Positions 19,732 through 30,838 are shown, counted from the first letter of the stretch. The stretch is DNA of 64,000 nucleotides from Actinomycetes bacterium (GCA_030614255.1 JAUWKI010000001.1:1603-65602), one strand, 5' to 3'. Numbers and translations are program-made. Notes: generated by a model not told the origin, from the letters alone.

Positions 19732-20732
19732 TGGAGCTTAAAATGGAATTACCAGAATTAAAAATAGGTAAATTTAGGGCTAAAATTCCCATTGTACAGG
19801 GTGGAATGGGTGTGAGGATTTCTCTTGCACCTTTGGCGGCAGCCGTGGCCAACGAAGGGGGAATTGGATTAATTGCGGCTTCAGGAATTCACCCCCCGGA
19901 ACTTGCTGAACAAATTAAAGAAGCGAAAAAGTTGTCCAATGGGATAATAGGAATAAATATAATGGTCGCGATTCGTGAATTTAAAGACTTGATTACAGTA
20001 GCCATGCGCGAGAAAATTGATTTAATTGTCGCTGGCGCAGGTTTTTCTCGAGATATTTTTGCTATGGGGAAAGAAAATGATGTTCCAATTGTTCCCATTG
20101 TTTCGTCAGAAAGAGTAGCCCGTCTTGCGGAAAGATTTGGAGTATCGGCTGTTATAGTCGAGGGGAAAGAGGCAGGTGGTCATCTAGGCACAGATAAACC
20201 CCTTTTATCGATATTACCCGGGATAATTAAGAGTGTGAGGATACCGGTAATAGCAGCCGGAGGAATTCTTAAGGGTTCGGATATTGCTAAGGTCCTTTCT
20301 ATGGGAGCTGGAGGTGTTCAGATGGGCACCCGTTTTGCAGCCAGTGAGGAGAGCAGTGCGGCGCCCGCTTGGAAGGAAGCATATGTGAGCTCGAAAGCCG
20401 AAGATGTTGTTCTCATCAAAAGCCCTGTTGGGATGCCTGGAAGAGCGTTAAAAACAAAATTTGTTAAAGATCTTTTTGCAAATAAAATACCGGCCTTTAG
20501 TGATATAAAAAAGTGTGTAACCTGTTTGAAATATTGTAAAAGAAATTACTGCATCATAGAGGCGCTCGAAAATGCTCAGATGGGTAATATGGAAAAAGGT
20601 CTCGTTTTTTGCGGTGAACGCGTAGGGGAAATAAAGGATATTCTACCGGTTAAAAAAATTATTGCCAATCTTGTTGAAGAGTTTAAAGAAAGTGTGGCCG
20701 GAGGGAGAAAAGGGTGCAAAGAAGAGTCGTAA
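19731..20732 (+). CDS. Nitronate-monooxygenase-family FMN enzyme (FabK/FabX-like) with C-terminal Cys cluster
   Basis: [21 protein letters not shown] and VQMGTRF motifs; CVTCLKYC-x4-C. Confidence 0.85.
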   Translation: MELKMELPELKIGKFRAKIPIVQGGMGVRISLAPLAAAVANEGGIGLIAASGIHPPELAEQIKEAKKLSNGIIGINIMVAIREFKDLITVAMREKIDLIVAGAGFSRDIFAMGKENDVPIVPIVSSERVARLAERFGVSAVIVEGKEAGGHLGTDKPLLSILPGIIKSVRIPVIAAGGILKGSDIAKVLSMGAGGVQMGTRFAASEESSAAPAWKEAYVSSKAEDVVLIKSPVGMPGRALKTKFVKDLFANKIPAFSDIKKCVTCLKYCKRNYCIIEALENAQMGNMEKGLVFCGERVGEIKDILPVKKIIANLVEEFKESVAGGRKGCKEES

Positions 20733-21952
20733 TAACTGGTCTTGGACCTGTTACGCCAATTGGAACAGGAAAAACGACTTTTTGGAAATTACTGACCGAA
20801 GGGAAGTCAGGAATAGGAAAGATAACTTCTTTTGATTCGGACGGATATAACTCTCGTATAGCAGGTGAAATTAAAGACTTTGACCCAGTTGACTATCTTG
20901 ATGCAAAAGAAGTACGTAGAATGGATAGATTTTGTCAATTAGCGCTGGCTGCCACCGAATTAGCTCTCGAAGACGCGGATTTAAAAATAACGGATTCGAT
21001 TGCTAATGAAATCGGGGTTATTGTGGGTTCAGGCATAGGTGGTCTGAAAACACTGGAAGAACAACATAAAATTTTATTACAAAAAGGCCCTAAAAAGATC
21101 AGTCCATTTCTTGTGCCAATGATGATACCCGATATTGCCGCCGGAAACATCTCAATCGCCTTTGGGGCGAAGGGTCCAAATTTTTGCACAGTGACTGCTT
21201 GTGCGTCTGCTACCCATGCGATTGGAGAGGCTTTTGAGGCTGTAAAACGAGGTTCTGCCGATATTTGCATAACGGGTGGAACCGAGGCACCCGTAACACC
21301 ACTAGGTGTCGCGGGATTTTGTGCAGCCCGCGCACTTTCAACAAGAAATAACGAACCAACCAGGGCAAGCAGGCCTTTCGATGCGAAACGAGATGGGTTT
21401 GTTATTGCCGAGGGTGCAGGAATAATAATTTTAGAGACACTTGAAAACGCTATAAACAGAGGAGCTCATATCTATGCCGAGGTGGTCGGTTATGGTGCGA
21501 CCGGAGACGCATACCATATTACGGCACCGGCTCCAGGTGGTGAAGGAGCTGCTCGTACCATGCAAAAAGCTATCGATGAGTCCGGTTTAGATTATGAACA
21601 GGTAGATTATATAAATGCGCATGGTACATCGACTCTTTATAATGATGAATTTGAAACATTGGCCATCAAGAATGTTTTTGGGAAGCATGCTTATAATTTA
21701 GTGGTCAGTTCAACTAAGTCTATGACCGGTCATGCTCTAGGAGCAGCCGGGGGTATAGAAATGATTGTTTGTGCTCTCTCAGTTGAAAAAAACATTATTC
21801 CCCCAACGATAAACTACGAATACCCTGATCCAAAATGTGATTTAAATTACGCACCTAATCAAGCCATTAAAAAGACGGTTTTGGTTGCTATGTCAAACTC
21901 TTTGGGTTTTGGTGGTCATAACGCTAGTATCATAATAAAAGCGGTTACGTAA
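20714..21952 (+). CDS. fabF: 3-oxoacyl-ACP synthase II
   Basis: TACAS (Cys), [13 protein letters not shown] and NSLGFGGHN motifs. Confidence 0.97.
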   Translation: MQRRVVITGLGPVTPIGTGKTTFWKLLTEGKSGIGKITSFDSDGYNSRIAGEIKDFDPVDYLDAKEVRRMDRFCQLALAATELALEDADLKITDSIANEIGVIVGSGIGGLKTLEEQHKILLQKGPKKISPFLVPMMIPDIAAGNISIAFGAKGPNFCTVTACASATHAIGEAFEAVKRGSADICITGGTEAPVTPLGVAGFCAARALSTRNNEPTRASRPFDAKRDGFVIAEGAGIIILETLENAINRGAHIYAEVVGYGATGDAYHITAPAPGGEGAARTMQKAIDESGLDYEQVDYINAHGTSTLYNDEFETLAIKNVFGKHAYNLVVSSTKSMTGHALGAAGGIEMIVCALSVEKNIIPPTINYEYPDPKCDLNYAPNQAIKKTVLVAMSNSLGFGGHNASIIIKAVT

Positions 21953-21960
21953 AGGTCGCT

Positions 21961-22182
21961 TTGAGAAATCCTGAAAATAACTTAGTTAAAGTTTATACGG
22001 CCCATGGGAGAATAGAAGCTTCAATCGTGAAATCAAAACTTGAGTCCGAAGATATCTCAGTAATCCTAAAAAGTGGTGCTGAGATTTTTGGTATAACCGT
22101 TGATGGATTGGGAGCCATTGAGGTTTTAGTTTTAAAGCACGAGATTGAAAGGGCCAAAAAAATACTCTTTGACCAGCGGTGA
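21961..22182 (+). CDS. DUF2007-like small protein
   Basis: EASIVKSKLESEDI...GLGAIEVLV...A..IL pattern, 73 aa. Confidence 0.7.
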   Translation: MRNPENNLVKVYTAHGRIEASIVKSKLESEDISVILKSGAEIFGITVDGLGAIEVLVLKHEIERAKKILFDQR

Positions 22183-22186
22183 TGAT

Positions 22187-22891
22187 ATGTTAAATAAAGA
22201 CAATGTGAATAGAGCCGAAGAGTGTTTAAACATTGTCTTCGTTGATAAAGAACTGATAAAAGTAGCCTTAACCCACAGATCTTTCGCTGCAGAAGCGAGT
22301 GACAAAGTTGATGTGAACGAAAGATTGGAATTTTTAGGCGATGCTGTTCTAGAATTTGTCGTTACCGACTTTCTATTTAATCACTATCCTGAACTCGAAG
22401 AAGGTGATTTGGCCATGCTTAGAGCCAACATTGTAAATTCAGATGTATTGGCTAAATTGGCGGGCAATATAGGCTTCGGAGAATGTATTCTTATGGGGAG
22501 AGGGGCTGAGATTGCAGGTGGTAGAAGGCAGACATCAATTTTGGGTGACTGCTTGGAAGCAATTTTAGGCGCTGTTTATCTGGACCAAGGTATCAAAAGA
22601 ACCAAAGAATTTATTCTAGGGATTTTTCAAGAGGAAATTGCGAAACAAGCCTCAAAAGAGAAATACTTGGATTTAAAAACTAATCTGCAAGAATATACAA
22701 TGAAGAAGTTAAAAGTACTACCTTTGTATAGAATAACCCGAGAAGAGGGTCCTGTGCACAAAAGGGCCTTCTTTGCTGAAGTTAGCGTCGGGGGGAATGT
22801 TTGGGGCAAAGGTAAAGGTAAGAGTAAAAAAAGGGCTGAACAGGAAGCGGCAAAGAAGGCCCTTTTAAAGCTTCAAAAGTTACATGGCTAA
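22187..22891 (+). CDS. rnc: Ribonuclease III
   Basis: ALTHRS, NERLEFLGDAVL and C-terminal dsRBD (KKRAEQEAA). Confidence 0.97.
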   Translation: MLNKDNVNRAEECLNIVFVDKELIKVALTHRSFAAEASDKVDVNERLEFLGDAVLEFVVTDFLFNHYPELEEGDLAMLRANIVNSDVLAKLAGNIGFGECILMGRGAEIAGGRRQTSILGDCLEAILGAVYLDQGIKRTKEFILGIFQEEIAKQASKEKYLDLKTNLQEYTMKKLKVLPLYRITREEGPVHKRAFFAEVSVGGNVWGKGKGKSKKRAEQEAAKKALLKLQKLHG

Positions 22892-22937
22892 TACATGAGG
22901 AGCGGAAGCTACCAGTAGAGTATAGTTAACACTAAAG

Positions 22938-22966
22938 GGTATCACCGAGATGGTGGTGCTATTTTT
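22938..22966 (+). terminator. Probable intrinsic terminator after rnc
   Basis: GTATCACC-gagat-GGTGGTGC hairpin (with G-U pairs) followed by TATTTTT. Confidence 0.55.
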
Positions 22967-23125
22967 ATAATAGGTATCAAAAATTTATTCGACTCCTTGA
23001 ATTGCCAAGTCTGAGTGACTTTAAAAGGTTGGGACAGGGACTTTGACGGTCAAATTTCGTCATCATTCAATTTCTGTAAGTTCTAACTATGTTAAAATAG
23101 TTTAAGATTTAAAGGAGGAATACAT

Positions 23126-26100
23126 TTGTATCTTAAATCGCTTTCTATTAGGGGTTTTAAATCCTTTGCTGATAAAACGACATTAAAATATGAGCCCGGA
23201 ATTACTGTTATTGTTGGACCAAACGGTAGTGGAAAAAGCAATATAACCGATGCCATTTTATGGGTTCTTGGTGAACAAAGCCCACGGTCTCTACGTGGCT
23301 CTGCAATGGAGGATGTGATCTTTACTGGTAGCTCAACACGGTCGCCACTCGGTATTGCCGAAGTTTCATTATCTCTCGATAACACAGATGGATGTCTACC
23401 AATTGAGTTTTCTGAAGTAATAATAACACGTCGGATGTCAAGGTCAGGCGAGAGTGATTATTTTATTAATGGTTCTTCTTGTAGACTTCTCGATGTTCAA
23501 GATCTATTGTCTGATTCAGGACTTGGAAGACAGACGCACAGCATTGTAAGTCAAGGAAGAATTGAAGAAATATTAAGTAGTAAGCCCGAGGAGAAAAGGG
23601 TTCTAATCGAAGAAGTTGCGGGTGTTTTAAAACACAGGAAACGAAAAGAGAGAGCTCTGCGGAAGCTTCAAGCGATGGATCAAAATCTTTTGAGGATTCA
23701 GGATGTACTCCGAGAGGTAGAGCGGCAGCTTCGGCCTCTTAAAAAGCAAGCTTCTCAAGCTGAAAAATCTTTAAAACTATCACATCAGTTAAAAAACTTA
23801 GAAATAGCTCTGGCCGTGGCCGAACTTAAAAAACTTCAAAGTGGTTGGGACGATGTGATGAAAGAGAATAAGCATTTGAACAATGAACTTGTCGCGTTAC
23901 GTAAGAGATTAACCAACAAGAAAGAAGAGATGGATGAAACCCAATTAAGCCTTGAAGAAAAAGGGGATTATGTGGGCGATATTGGAGAGTATCGGCGCAG
24001 GATGAAGGGGATTATTGAGAGATTTAATACAGGACTCCTGCTCCTAGAAGAGAAAGGGAAGCATCTTGTAGAAAAGCTGAGCGATATTCGAAGGCAAATT
24101 TACCAAGATGAAAAGCGTAAAAGCAGTAAATCTAAGGAATTAGATAAAATTAATTCCAAAATAAGTAAAGTTAAAAGTGATGTTGATGATATTTTAATCA
24201 AGGTAGGCCAAGCAAGGAAAAATAATGAAAAATTAGAAAGAAACATGCAACAGATAGATAAAAAATTAAGTGAGCTTAGGGGGGCTGTTGCTAAGAAGAA
24301 TGACCAGCTGAAAATCGATGAGAAAGAAGCCAACCTTTTGCTAAGTTCATTTAATGTAACCGAGATAGAAAGTAAATTTGCGGTAGAAAAAATTACAGTT
24401 TTAAAAAATGAAAAAAAGATTTTGTTGGTAAATCTAAATAAAAAAGAGAAGGAAAAATCTTCTATTGAATCAAAGCTAATGAAGTTAAATGATTATCTTT
24501 GCAACAACGAAAACGAGATTTTGAAACGTTCGAACGATTTAGATAATCTCGAATCCCAACTTAGGAAAATTGAGGGAAGTCTTTACGGAACAAAGACAAA
24601 AATTTCTGCTTTAGAAGAGATTGAAAAAAATCCGACCGGTTACCCGGAAAGTGTGGTCTGGCTAATTTTTGAAAAAGGTATGTCGGGCTTACATGGAATA
24701 GTTGGTGATTTACTCGATATTGATGAGGGCTACGAGAACGCAATCGAAGCAGTATTAAGCGAAAATATGTATAGCATCATCGCAAGCGATGTCAGCGTGG
24801 CTAAAAACGTTATTTGCGCTTTAAACCAATCTAATCAGGAGGCTACTTCAATAATACCCTTAAAAGGGTTTACGAGAGCGCCCATGACTTCTACCAAGAG
24901 ACTTGGAGTAATCTCGGCGATGGATGTTGTAAAGTGCGATAAAAAAGTAGAACCTGCAATTCAAGCTATTTTAGGAAACCTATTTATTGTCGATGATTTA
25001 GACACTGCTTTAGATTTGGCCAACAAAAACTCCAAGAACTCAGTATTTGTTACATTATCGGGTGAAGTTATTTTCCCAAATGGAATAATACGAGGCGGAA
25101 ATCTTTCTTCCGCAAACCCGCTTTCACGCAAGAGGATTCTAGCAAAACTGAAAAAAGATGAAAAAATTTTATTAAATAATTTGGCGAAAACAAAAAAAGA
25201 AATAGAGCAGTTAAAGTCGAATCTTAAAATATTTGTTGACAAAAAGAGTGGATTTGAGCAAGAAGTACAAGCCATAAAGAGTGAAAGGCAAAACATTGTT
25301 GGCGATTTATCGTATTTAAAAGATTTAACTGTGAAAAAAGAGAGGGAAGAAAAGAAATTTTTAAGCCAAAACGAGAAAGCCCAAAAAAAGCTTTGCTCTG
25401 ATAAGAAAAAAATCGAGACTCTAGAAAGAAAAAGCGAATTTTTGAAGAAAGAAATCGCTACAATCGAAAACTCCATTAAAATAGCGGAGAACGACAAACA
25501 AAAGCATTTTATTGATGAAAATAAGTTTGCTAGAGAAGACGCAAAACTTGAAGTTGGGAAAGAATCGTTACTAGAAAAGTTGCTATTTATTGAAAATCAA
25601 CGCGACATTACCATAAGGGATGTCAACGAATTTAACCACACCTTAAAATCCGAACATCAAACGGTTAAGGCAATGGAAAAACTAAGAGAAAGAATTCAGC
25701 CCCTTCACAAACTTTTCACTGTCTTGTTTGCGGAGGCAAAAAAATGGGATAAAAAATTGGAGTCTCTGGCGACCGATGAAAAAATTGACACCAGAAAATT
25801 GCGTGAAAAATATAGATTAACACAAGCCGAGATGGTTCCTTTAAATAAAGAAATTGATGATACACAAGATAGGATTAAAGAAATTGAGGTTGAATGTGCT
25901 CAACTCAAACTAAAGGTCACCGGGTTAACCGATAAGATTGTAAGTGAATACGATGTTCCACTTGAAAAAGCCCTAAAGATTTATCCAAAAGATGTAGACA
26001 AGGATAAACACAAAGAAGAAGCAGAGAAAATTAGAGCAAAATTGGCGGACCTGGGAACGATAAACCCAATTGCTGTTAAAGAGTGTGGAACATTGAAGGA

Positions 26101-26671
26101 GAGGTACGAATTCTTAAAAGATCAAATTTTAGACTTAAAAAAGAGCAGGAAGGCGCTAGGGAGAGTCATTAAGATAATTGAGCAAAAAATGAAAGGCAGG
26201 TTCCTGGAAGCTTTTAATGAGGTAAATGTCAATTTCCAAAACATTTTTTCGTATCTTTTCTCTGGAGGGAAAGCCAGACTCTTGTTAACTGACGAAGAGA
26301 ACCTTCTTACGACGGGCGTTGAAATCGAAGCACATCCTCTTGGTAAACGTCTTCAAAGAATAACGCTTTTGTCTGGAGGAGAAAAGTCGCTTGTTGCGTT
26401 AACACTTTTATTTGCAATGTATCATACAAAACCAAGTCCATTTTACGTACTTGATGAGGTAGAGCCCGCATTGGATGATACTAACTTACAACGCTTCATC
26501 GTTCTTTTAGAAAAAGAAAAGAGAGAAGCACAGTTTTTGATAATTACTCATCAGAGAAGAACCATGGAGATAGCAGATTGTCTTTATGGCGTTGCCATGC
26601 AGGCGGATGGTATCTCAAAACTTGTTTCTCAAAAAATGAGTGGCTCTGAAAGAAAAAACAAAGTTCATTAA
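23126..26671 (+). CDS. smc: Chromosome segregation protein SMC
   Basis: GFKSF, GPNGSGKSN, long coiled coils with hinge, LSGGE and LDEVE motifs. Confidence 0.97.
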   Translation: MYLKSLSIRGFKSFADKTTLKYEPGITVIVGPNGSGKSNITDAILWVLGEQSPRSLRGSAMEDVIFTGSSTRSPLGIAEVSLSLDNTDGCLPIEFSEVIITRRMSRSGESDYFINGSSCRLLDVQDLLSDSGLGRQTHSIVSQGRIEEILSSKPEEKRVLIEEVAGVLKHRKRKERALRKLQAMDQNLLRIQDVLREVERQLRPLKKQASQAEKSLKLSHQLKNLEIALAVAELKKLQSGWDDVMKENKHLNNELVALRKRLTNKKEEMDETQLSLEEKGDYVGDIGEYRRRMKGIIERFNTGLLLLEEKGKHLVEKLSDIRRQIYQDEKRKSSKSKELDKINSKISKVKSDVDDILIKVGQARKNNEKLERNMQQIDKKLSELRGAVAKKNDQLKIDEKEANLLLSSFNVTEIESKFAVEKITVLKNEKKILLVNLNKKEKEKSSIESKLMKLNDYLCNNENEILKRSNDLDNLESQLRKIEGSLYGTKTKISALEEIEKNPTGYPESVVWLIFEKGMSGLHGIVGDLLDIDEGYENAIEAVLSENMYSIIASDVSVAKNVICALNQSNQEATSIIPLKGFTRAPMTSTKRLGVISAMDVVKCDKKVEPAIQAILGNLFIVDDLDTALDLANKNSKNSVFVTLSGEVIFPNGIIRGGNLSSANPLSRKRILAKLKKDEKILLNNLAKTKKEIEQLKSNLKIFVDKKSGFEQEVQAIKSERQNIVGDLSYLKDLTVKKEREEKKFLSQNEKAQKKLCSDKKKIETLERKSEFLKKEIATIENSIKIAENDKQKHFIDENKFAREDAKLEVGKESLLEKLLFIENQRDITIRDVNEFNHTLKSEHQTVKAMEKLRERIQPLHKLFTVLFAEAKKWDKKLESLATDEKIDTRKLREKYRLTQAEMVPLNKEIDDTQDRIKEIEVECAQLKLKVTGLTDKIVSEYDVPLEKALKIYPKDVDKDKHKEEAEKIRAKLADLGTINPIAVKECGTLKERYEFLKDQILDLKKSRKALGRVIKIIEQKMKGRFLEAFNEVNVNFQNIFSYLFSGGKARLLLTDEENLLTTGVEIEAHPLGKRLQRITLLSGGEKSLVALTLLFAMYHTKPSPFYVLDEVEPALDDTNLQRFIVLLEKEKREAQFLIITHQRRTMEIADCLYGVAMQADGISKLVSQKMSGSERKNKVH

Positions 26672-26683
26672 AGGGCAAAATAA

Positions 26684-27583
26684 ATGATTAACAGATTAAA
26701 AGATGGTTTAAAAAAAAGCAGGGAAGGTTTCTTGGGGCAATTTACCGGTTTATTCAGGGGTAGCTTGCTTGATGAGGATTTTTGGGAAAGCATGGAAGAG
26801 ATATTAATCCAGGCCGACGTGGGAATTTGTGCAACTACAAAAATCTCAAATGAGCTTCGGGGGTTAGCGAAGAAACTCAACATAAAAGACCCCGAAGAAC
26901 TAAAAGAGTTGTTTAAAAAAGAAATAGTAAAACTTTTAACCATAAATAATGACAATCTTGTAGATGGCGGCTATTTAAATCTTTTGCTTTTTGTTGGAGT
27001 AAATGGTGTTGGAAAAACTACTACCATTGCCAAGATGGCACATAAATTTATTAATTCCGGAGAGAAAGTGATTTTTGCTGCGGCTGACACATTTAGGGCG
27101 GCTGCAATTGAACAGTTGCAAGAATGGGGAAGTCGATTAGGCGTGGATGTTATTAAGCATCAGAGGGGTGGGGATCCAGCGGCCGTTGTATTCGATGCAA
27201 TAAATGCGGCAAATACAAGGAAAGCAGATATAATTTTGGTTGATACGGCCGGAAGATTACATACGAATGTTAATTTGATGGAAGAACTGAAAAAGATAAA
27301 AAGAGTTGCAAAGAACGAGTTATCTAAGGGTTTGGTTAAAACGGTTCTGGTTATGGATGCCACAACGGGACAGAATGGTATTTTACAGGCTAAGCTTTTT
27401 AACGAGGCTCTTAATCTTGATGCGATAATCTTAACGAAGTTGGATGGTACTGCTAAGGGTGGTATAGTGATAGCCATAGAGGAAGAACTTAAAATACCAA
27501 TTTGGTTTGTTGGGGTGGGAGAGAAGCCAGACGATTTACAAAATTTTGACCCTCAAGTATTTGTTGAAGCCCTTTTTGAGTGA
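26684..27583 (+). CDS. ftsY: SRP receptor FtsY
   Basis: GVNGVGKTTT, DTFRAAA, DTAGR and TKLDGTAKGG motifs. Confidence 0.97.
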   Translation: MINRLKDGLKKSREGFLGQFTGLFRGSLLDEDFWESMEEILIQADVGICATTKISNELRGLAKKLNIKDPEELKELFKKEIVKLLTINNDNLVDGGYLNLLLFVGVNGVGKTTTIAKMAHKFINSGEKVIFAAADTFRAAAIEQLQEWGSRLGVDVIKHQRGGDPAAVVFDAINAANTRKADIILVDTAGRLHTNVNLMEELKKIKRVAKNELSKGLVKTVLVMDATTGQNGILQAKLFNEALNLDAIILTKLDGTAKGGIVIAIEEELKIPIWFVGVGEKPDDLQNFDPQVFVEALFE

Positions 27584-27667
27584 TTAATTTTGTTTGACAG
27601 ACACCTTATCCTTTTGTAATATTTCAAATTTGGTGGCCAAGTATTTTTTTGATATTTAGGAGAACAG

Positions 27668-29011
27668 ATGTTTGAAAGTCTATCTACAAAATTGCAGAAC
27701 ATATTTTCTAAATTAAAAACATATGGACGACTCAACGAGAAACAGGTTGAGGAAGTTTTAAGAGAGATCAAGCTTGCTCTTTTAGAAGCGGACGTAAATT
27801 TCAAAGTCGTTAAAAGTTTTATTGCTAAAGTTAAAGAGCGCGCCGTTGGCGTTGAAGTCATGAAGAGCTTAACGCCTGCTCAGCAAATCATCAAGATCGT
27901 TAATGAGGAACTAATAGATTTAATGGGTGGAGCGCCTGGCAAGATTACATTTGCCCCGAAGTCACCCACCATATATATGTTAGTTGGACTTCAGGGTTCT
28001 GGAAAAACTACATCTGCTGCAAAGTTAGCTAATTATTTAAAAACCATGGGTAAAAAACCATTTCTTATAGCGGCTGATATTTATCGACCGGCGGCCATCG
28101 ATCAACTGGAGTCTTTAGGTAAAGAATTAAGTGTTTCTGTATATTCTGATAGAAAAAGCAACAAGTGTGAAGAGATTGTCCGTTCTGGTATAAAACAAGG
28201 AATTGCCAAAGGCAGTGACACCATAATAATTGATACAGCGGGAAGACTTCACATTGACGATGAAATGATGGACGAATTGGAAAACGTAAAAAGGGCAGTA
28301 CGACCGCATCAGATATTACTTGTTGTCGATGCCATGACAGGTCAGGATGCTGTAAATATCGCGGTCTCTTTTCGAGATAAACTCGATTTTGATGGGCTAA
28401 TTTTAACGAAATTAGACGGTGACGCTAGAGGTGGTGCGGCACTTTCCATAAGAGCAGTGACCGGTAAATCAATAAAACTTGTAAGCTTGAGCGAAAAAAT
28501 CGATAGTCTTCAAATTTTTTATCCTGAGCGAATGGCGAGCAGAATTTTAGGAATGGGTGACGTTCTTACATTAATTGAAAAAGCAGAAGCGACTATCAAT
28601 AAAGAAGAAGCCGCGTCTCTAATGGAAAGAATCCAAAAACAAGAGTTTACCTTAAATGATTTCTTAGCTCAGATGCAGCAGATAAAGAGCATGGGCTCTT
28701 TTGACCAAGTTTTAGGCATGTTGCCTAAGCTCCCAGGATCAAGCAAAAATGCATTTAGTGGGGTTGATGAAGAACGAATCAAAAGAGTGGAAGCGATAAT
28801 CAAATCAATGACTCAAGAGGAGCGAAAAGACCCAAAGACAATGAACGGGAACAGGCGTTTGCGAGTCGCTAAAGGGAGCGGAACGACCACCAGTGAAGTA
28901 AACCGGCTTTTAAAACAATTCTCTGAGACAAAAAAAATGATGAAGCAATTTAGTAATCTTGGTTCACGTGCTAAAATTAGTAGAAAAATCTCGCCGTTTT
29001 TCAATTTTTAA
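27668..29011 (+). CDS. ffh: Signal recognition particle protein
   Basis: [31 protein letters not shown] and M domain. Confidence 0.97.
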   Translation: MFESLSTKLQNIFSKLKTYGRLNEKQVEEVLREIKLALLEADVNFKVVKSFIAKVKERAVGVEVMKSLTPAQQIIKIVNEELIDLMGGAPGKITFAPKSPTIYMLVGLQGSGKTTSAAKLANYLKTMGKKPFLIAADIYRPAAIDQLESLGKELSVSVYSDRKSNKCEEIVRSGIKQGIAKGSDTIIIDTAGRLHIDDEMMDELENVKRAVRPHQILLVVDAMTGQDAVNIAVSFRDKLDFDGLILTKLDGDARGGAALSIRAVTGKSIKLVSLSEKIDSLQIFYPERMASRILGMGDVLTLIEKAEATINKEEAASLMERIQKQEFTLNDFLAQMQQIKSMGSFDQVLGMLPKLPGSSKNAFSGVDEERIKRVEAIIKSMTQEERKDPKTMNGNRRLRVAKGSGTTTSEVNRLLKQFSETKKMMKQFSNLGSRAKISRKISPFFNF

Positions 29012-29025
29012 AAGGAGGTGAAGAG

Positions 29026-29295
29026 TTGTCAGTTAAACTGAGATTAAGTAGGGTGGGTGGCAAAAAAAAGCCATTCTATAGAGTTGTAGCGACTGATTCT
29101 AGGATGCCAAGAGATGGAAGATTTATTGAAATCGTTGGTCGATATAATCCGAGAAATGAGCCGTCTTTTATAGATATGGATAAAGAAAAAGTGCTAAAGT
29201 GGCTTGCTCAAGGCGCACAACCTACGAATACGGTTGAAAAACTTTTGAATATTACGGGAATTCGTAAGGAATTTGAAGCCAATAAGTCAAAGTAG
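29026..29295 (+). CDS. rpsP: 30S ribosomal protein S16
   Basis: [24 protein letters not shown] signature. Confidence 0.97.
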   Translation: MSVKLRLSRVGGKKKPFYRVVATDSRMPRDGRFIEIVGRYNPRNEPSFIDMDKEKVLKWLAQGAQPTNTVEKLLNITGIRKEFEANKSK

Positions 29296-29306
29296 GAGGC
29301 AGTGCA

Positions 29307-29537
29307 ATGAAAGAATTATTGGAAACTCTTGCTCGAGCTCTTGTTGACAAACCTGAGGAAGTAAAAGTAAGTCTGATAGAAGGTGAGAAGTCTGTAATAT
29401 TACAGCTACAGGTTGCTTCCGATGATATTGGTAAAGTTATCGGGAAAGAAGGGCGAATTGCCGGAGCGTTAAGAACCATCATTAAAGCATCTGCAACAAA
29501 AGAGGGCAAGAGAGCGATGGTTGAGATACTGGATTAA
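29307..29537 (+). CDS. khpA: KH-domain RNA-binding protein
   Basis: DIGKVIGKEGR motif; between rpsP and rimM. Confidence 0.93.
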   Translation: MKELLETLARALVDKPEEVKVSLIEGEKSVILQLQVASDDIGKVIGKEGRIAGALRTIIKASATKEGKRAMVEILD

Positions 29538-29557
29538 TAAAACAAACTTTTAGTTAG

Positions 29558-30082
29558 GTGAAACTATTGGCGTCAACCCTTTTAACCGTTGGCAAAGTTA
29601 TTGGTGTGCACGGAACAAAAGGCGAAGTGAAAATTCTAAGCCTTACGGATTTTCCAACCCGTTTCAAAATGGGCTTATCCCTATATGTTCACTCATCATT
29701 ACTCGAAACCGATGAGTTAAAAATCGAATGGGTTAAGAATACATCTAAAAACATTATTATTAAATTCGGGGGCATAGAGAGTCGTAAAGATGCAGAGAAG
29801 CTTAAAGGGTCGTTGCTCCAAATTTCAAACAAGAAAGCACACTCGCTTCCAAAGGACGCATATTGGCAACATGAGATAATTGGGTTAAAGGTCATAACTT
29901 CAAGTAAAGAGCTTGTGGGTTACGTTACGGAAATAATGAGAACCGGGAGTAACGATGTTTATGTTGTTAATTGGGAGGGAAAGAAAGAGAGTTTAATCCC
30001 AGCTATAAAAGATGTTGTCAAAAAGATTGATTTAAAAAACAAATTGATGGTGATAGAGCCAATAAAGGGTCTATTGGAGTGA
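29558..30082 (+). CDS. rimM: Ribosome maturation factor RimM
   Basis: HGTKGEV, TGSNDVYVV and LIPAI motifs; synteny. Confidence 0.94.
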   Translation: MKLLASTLLTVGKVIGVHGTKGEVKILSLTDFPTRFKMGLSLYVHSSLLETDELKIEWVKNTSKNIIIKFGGIESRKDAEKLKGSLLQISNKKAHSLPKDAYWQHEIIGLKVITSSKELVGYVTEIMRTGSNDVYVVNWEGKKESLIPAIKDVVKKIDLKNKLMVIEPIKGLLE

Positions 30083-30088
30083 CTGAAA

Positions 30089-30838
30089 TTGCAAATTGAT
30101 ATAGTCACCATTTTTCCAGAAATGTTTGACGGCGCATTGAGCGCTGGAGTTATTCCTATTGCTTTAAAAAAAAAGATTGTGAAAGTTAATCTTCACAATC
30201 TTCGTGATTTTACACATGATAAACACAAACAGGTTGATGATGCGCCATATGGCGGTGGGCCCGGAATGGTCATGAAGCCCGAGCCATTTTTTGAAGCCGT
30301 TCCCGCAGTTGCTGGATGTAGCTTAAATGAATTAAAGAAATTTTGCCGAGTTATTTTATTTACACCACAAGGCGAGGCCTTAAAGCAAAAAAAAATTCTG
30401 GAATTTTCAAAAGAAAAAAGGTTAATCTTGCTTTGTCCGCGTTATGAAGGAATAGATGAACGCATAAGAGAACATCTAATAACCGATGAGGTTTCGATAG
30501 GTGATTTTGTGGTTTCTGGTGGCGAGTTTCCCGCAATGGTTTTTATGGATTCTGTTATTCGTTTGTTGCCAGGAGTATTGGGTAGTGAGGCATCGCTTGA
30601 CGAAGAGTCTTTTTCTAATGGACTCTTGGAATATCCTCAATATACACGTCCCAACAACTTTATGGGATTAAGAGTCCCAGAGATTTTATTGAGTGGCAAT
30701 CATGCAGAAATTGCCAGGTGGCGGCGACAAAAATCTCTTGAAAGAACTGCAAAAAGACGTCCGGACCTTTTGGAAAAAATAGTCTCAACCAAAGAAGAAA
30801 AAAAACTGTTAAATAAAACAGAAAAAGAAAGTTCTTAA
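30089..30838 (+). CDS. trmD: tRNA (guanine37-N1)-methyltransferase
   Basis: [32 protein letters not shown] and PQYTRP motifs. Confidence 0.97.
   Translation: MQIDIVTIFPEMFDGALSAGVIPIALKKKIVKVNLHNLRDFTHDKHKQVDDAPYGGGPGMVMKPEPFFEAVPAVAGCSLNELKKFCRVILFTPQGEALKQKKILEFSKEKRLILLCPRYEGIDERIREHLITDEVSIGDFVVSGGEFPAMVFMDSVIRLLPGVLGSEASLDEESFSNGLLEYPQYTRPNNFMGLRVPEILLSGNHAEIARWRRQKSLERTAKRRPDLLEKIVSTKEEKKLLNKTEKESS

Noticed and set aside
24050..25700. Lys/Glu-rich, A-rich low-complexity stretch that looks repetitive
   Set aside because: It encodes the SMC coiled-coil arms; no true nucleotide repeat array or CRISPR periodicity was seen.
30177..30198. TTGTGAA...TTCACAA inverted repeat resembling a Rex box
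   Set aside because: Spacer is 8 nt rather than 4, and it lies inside the trmD coding sequence.
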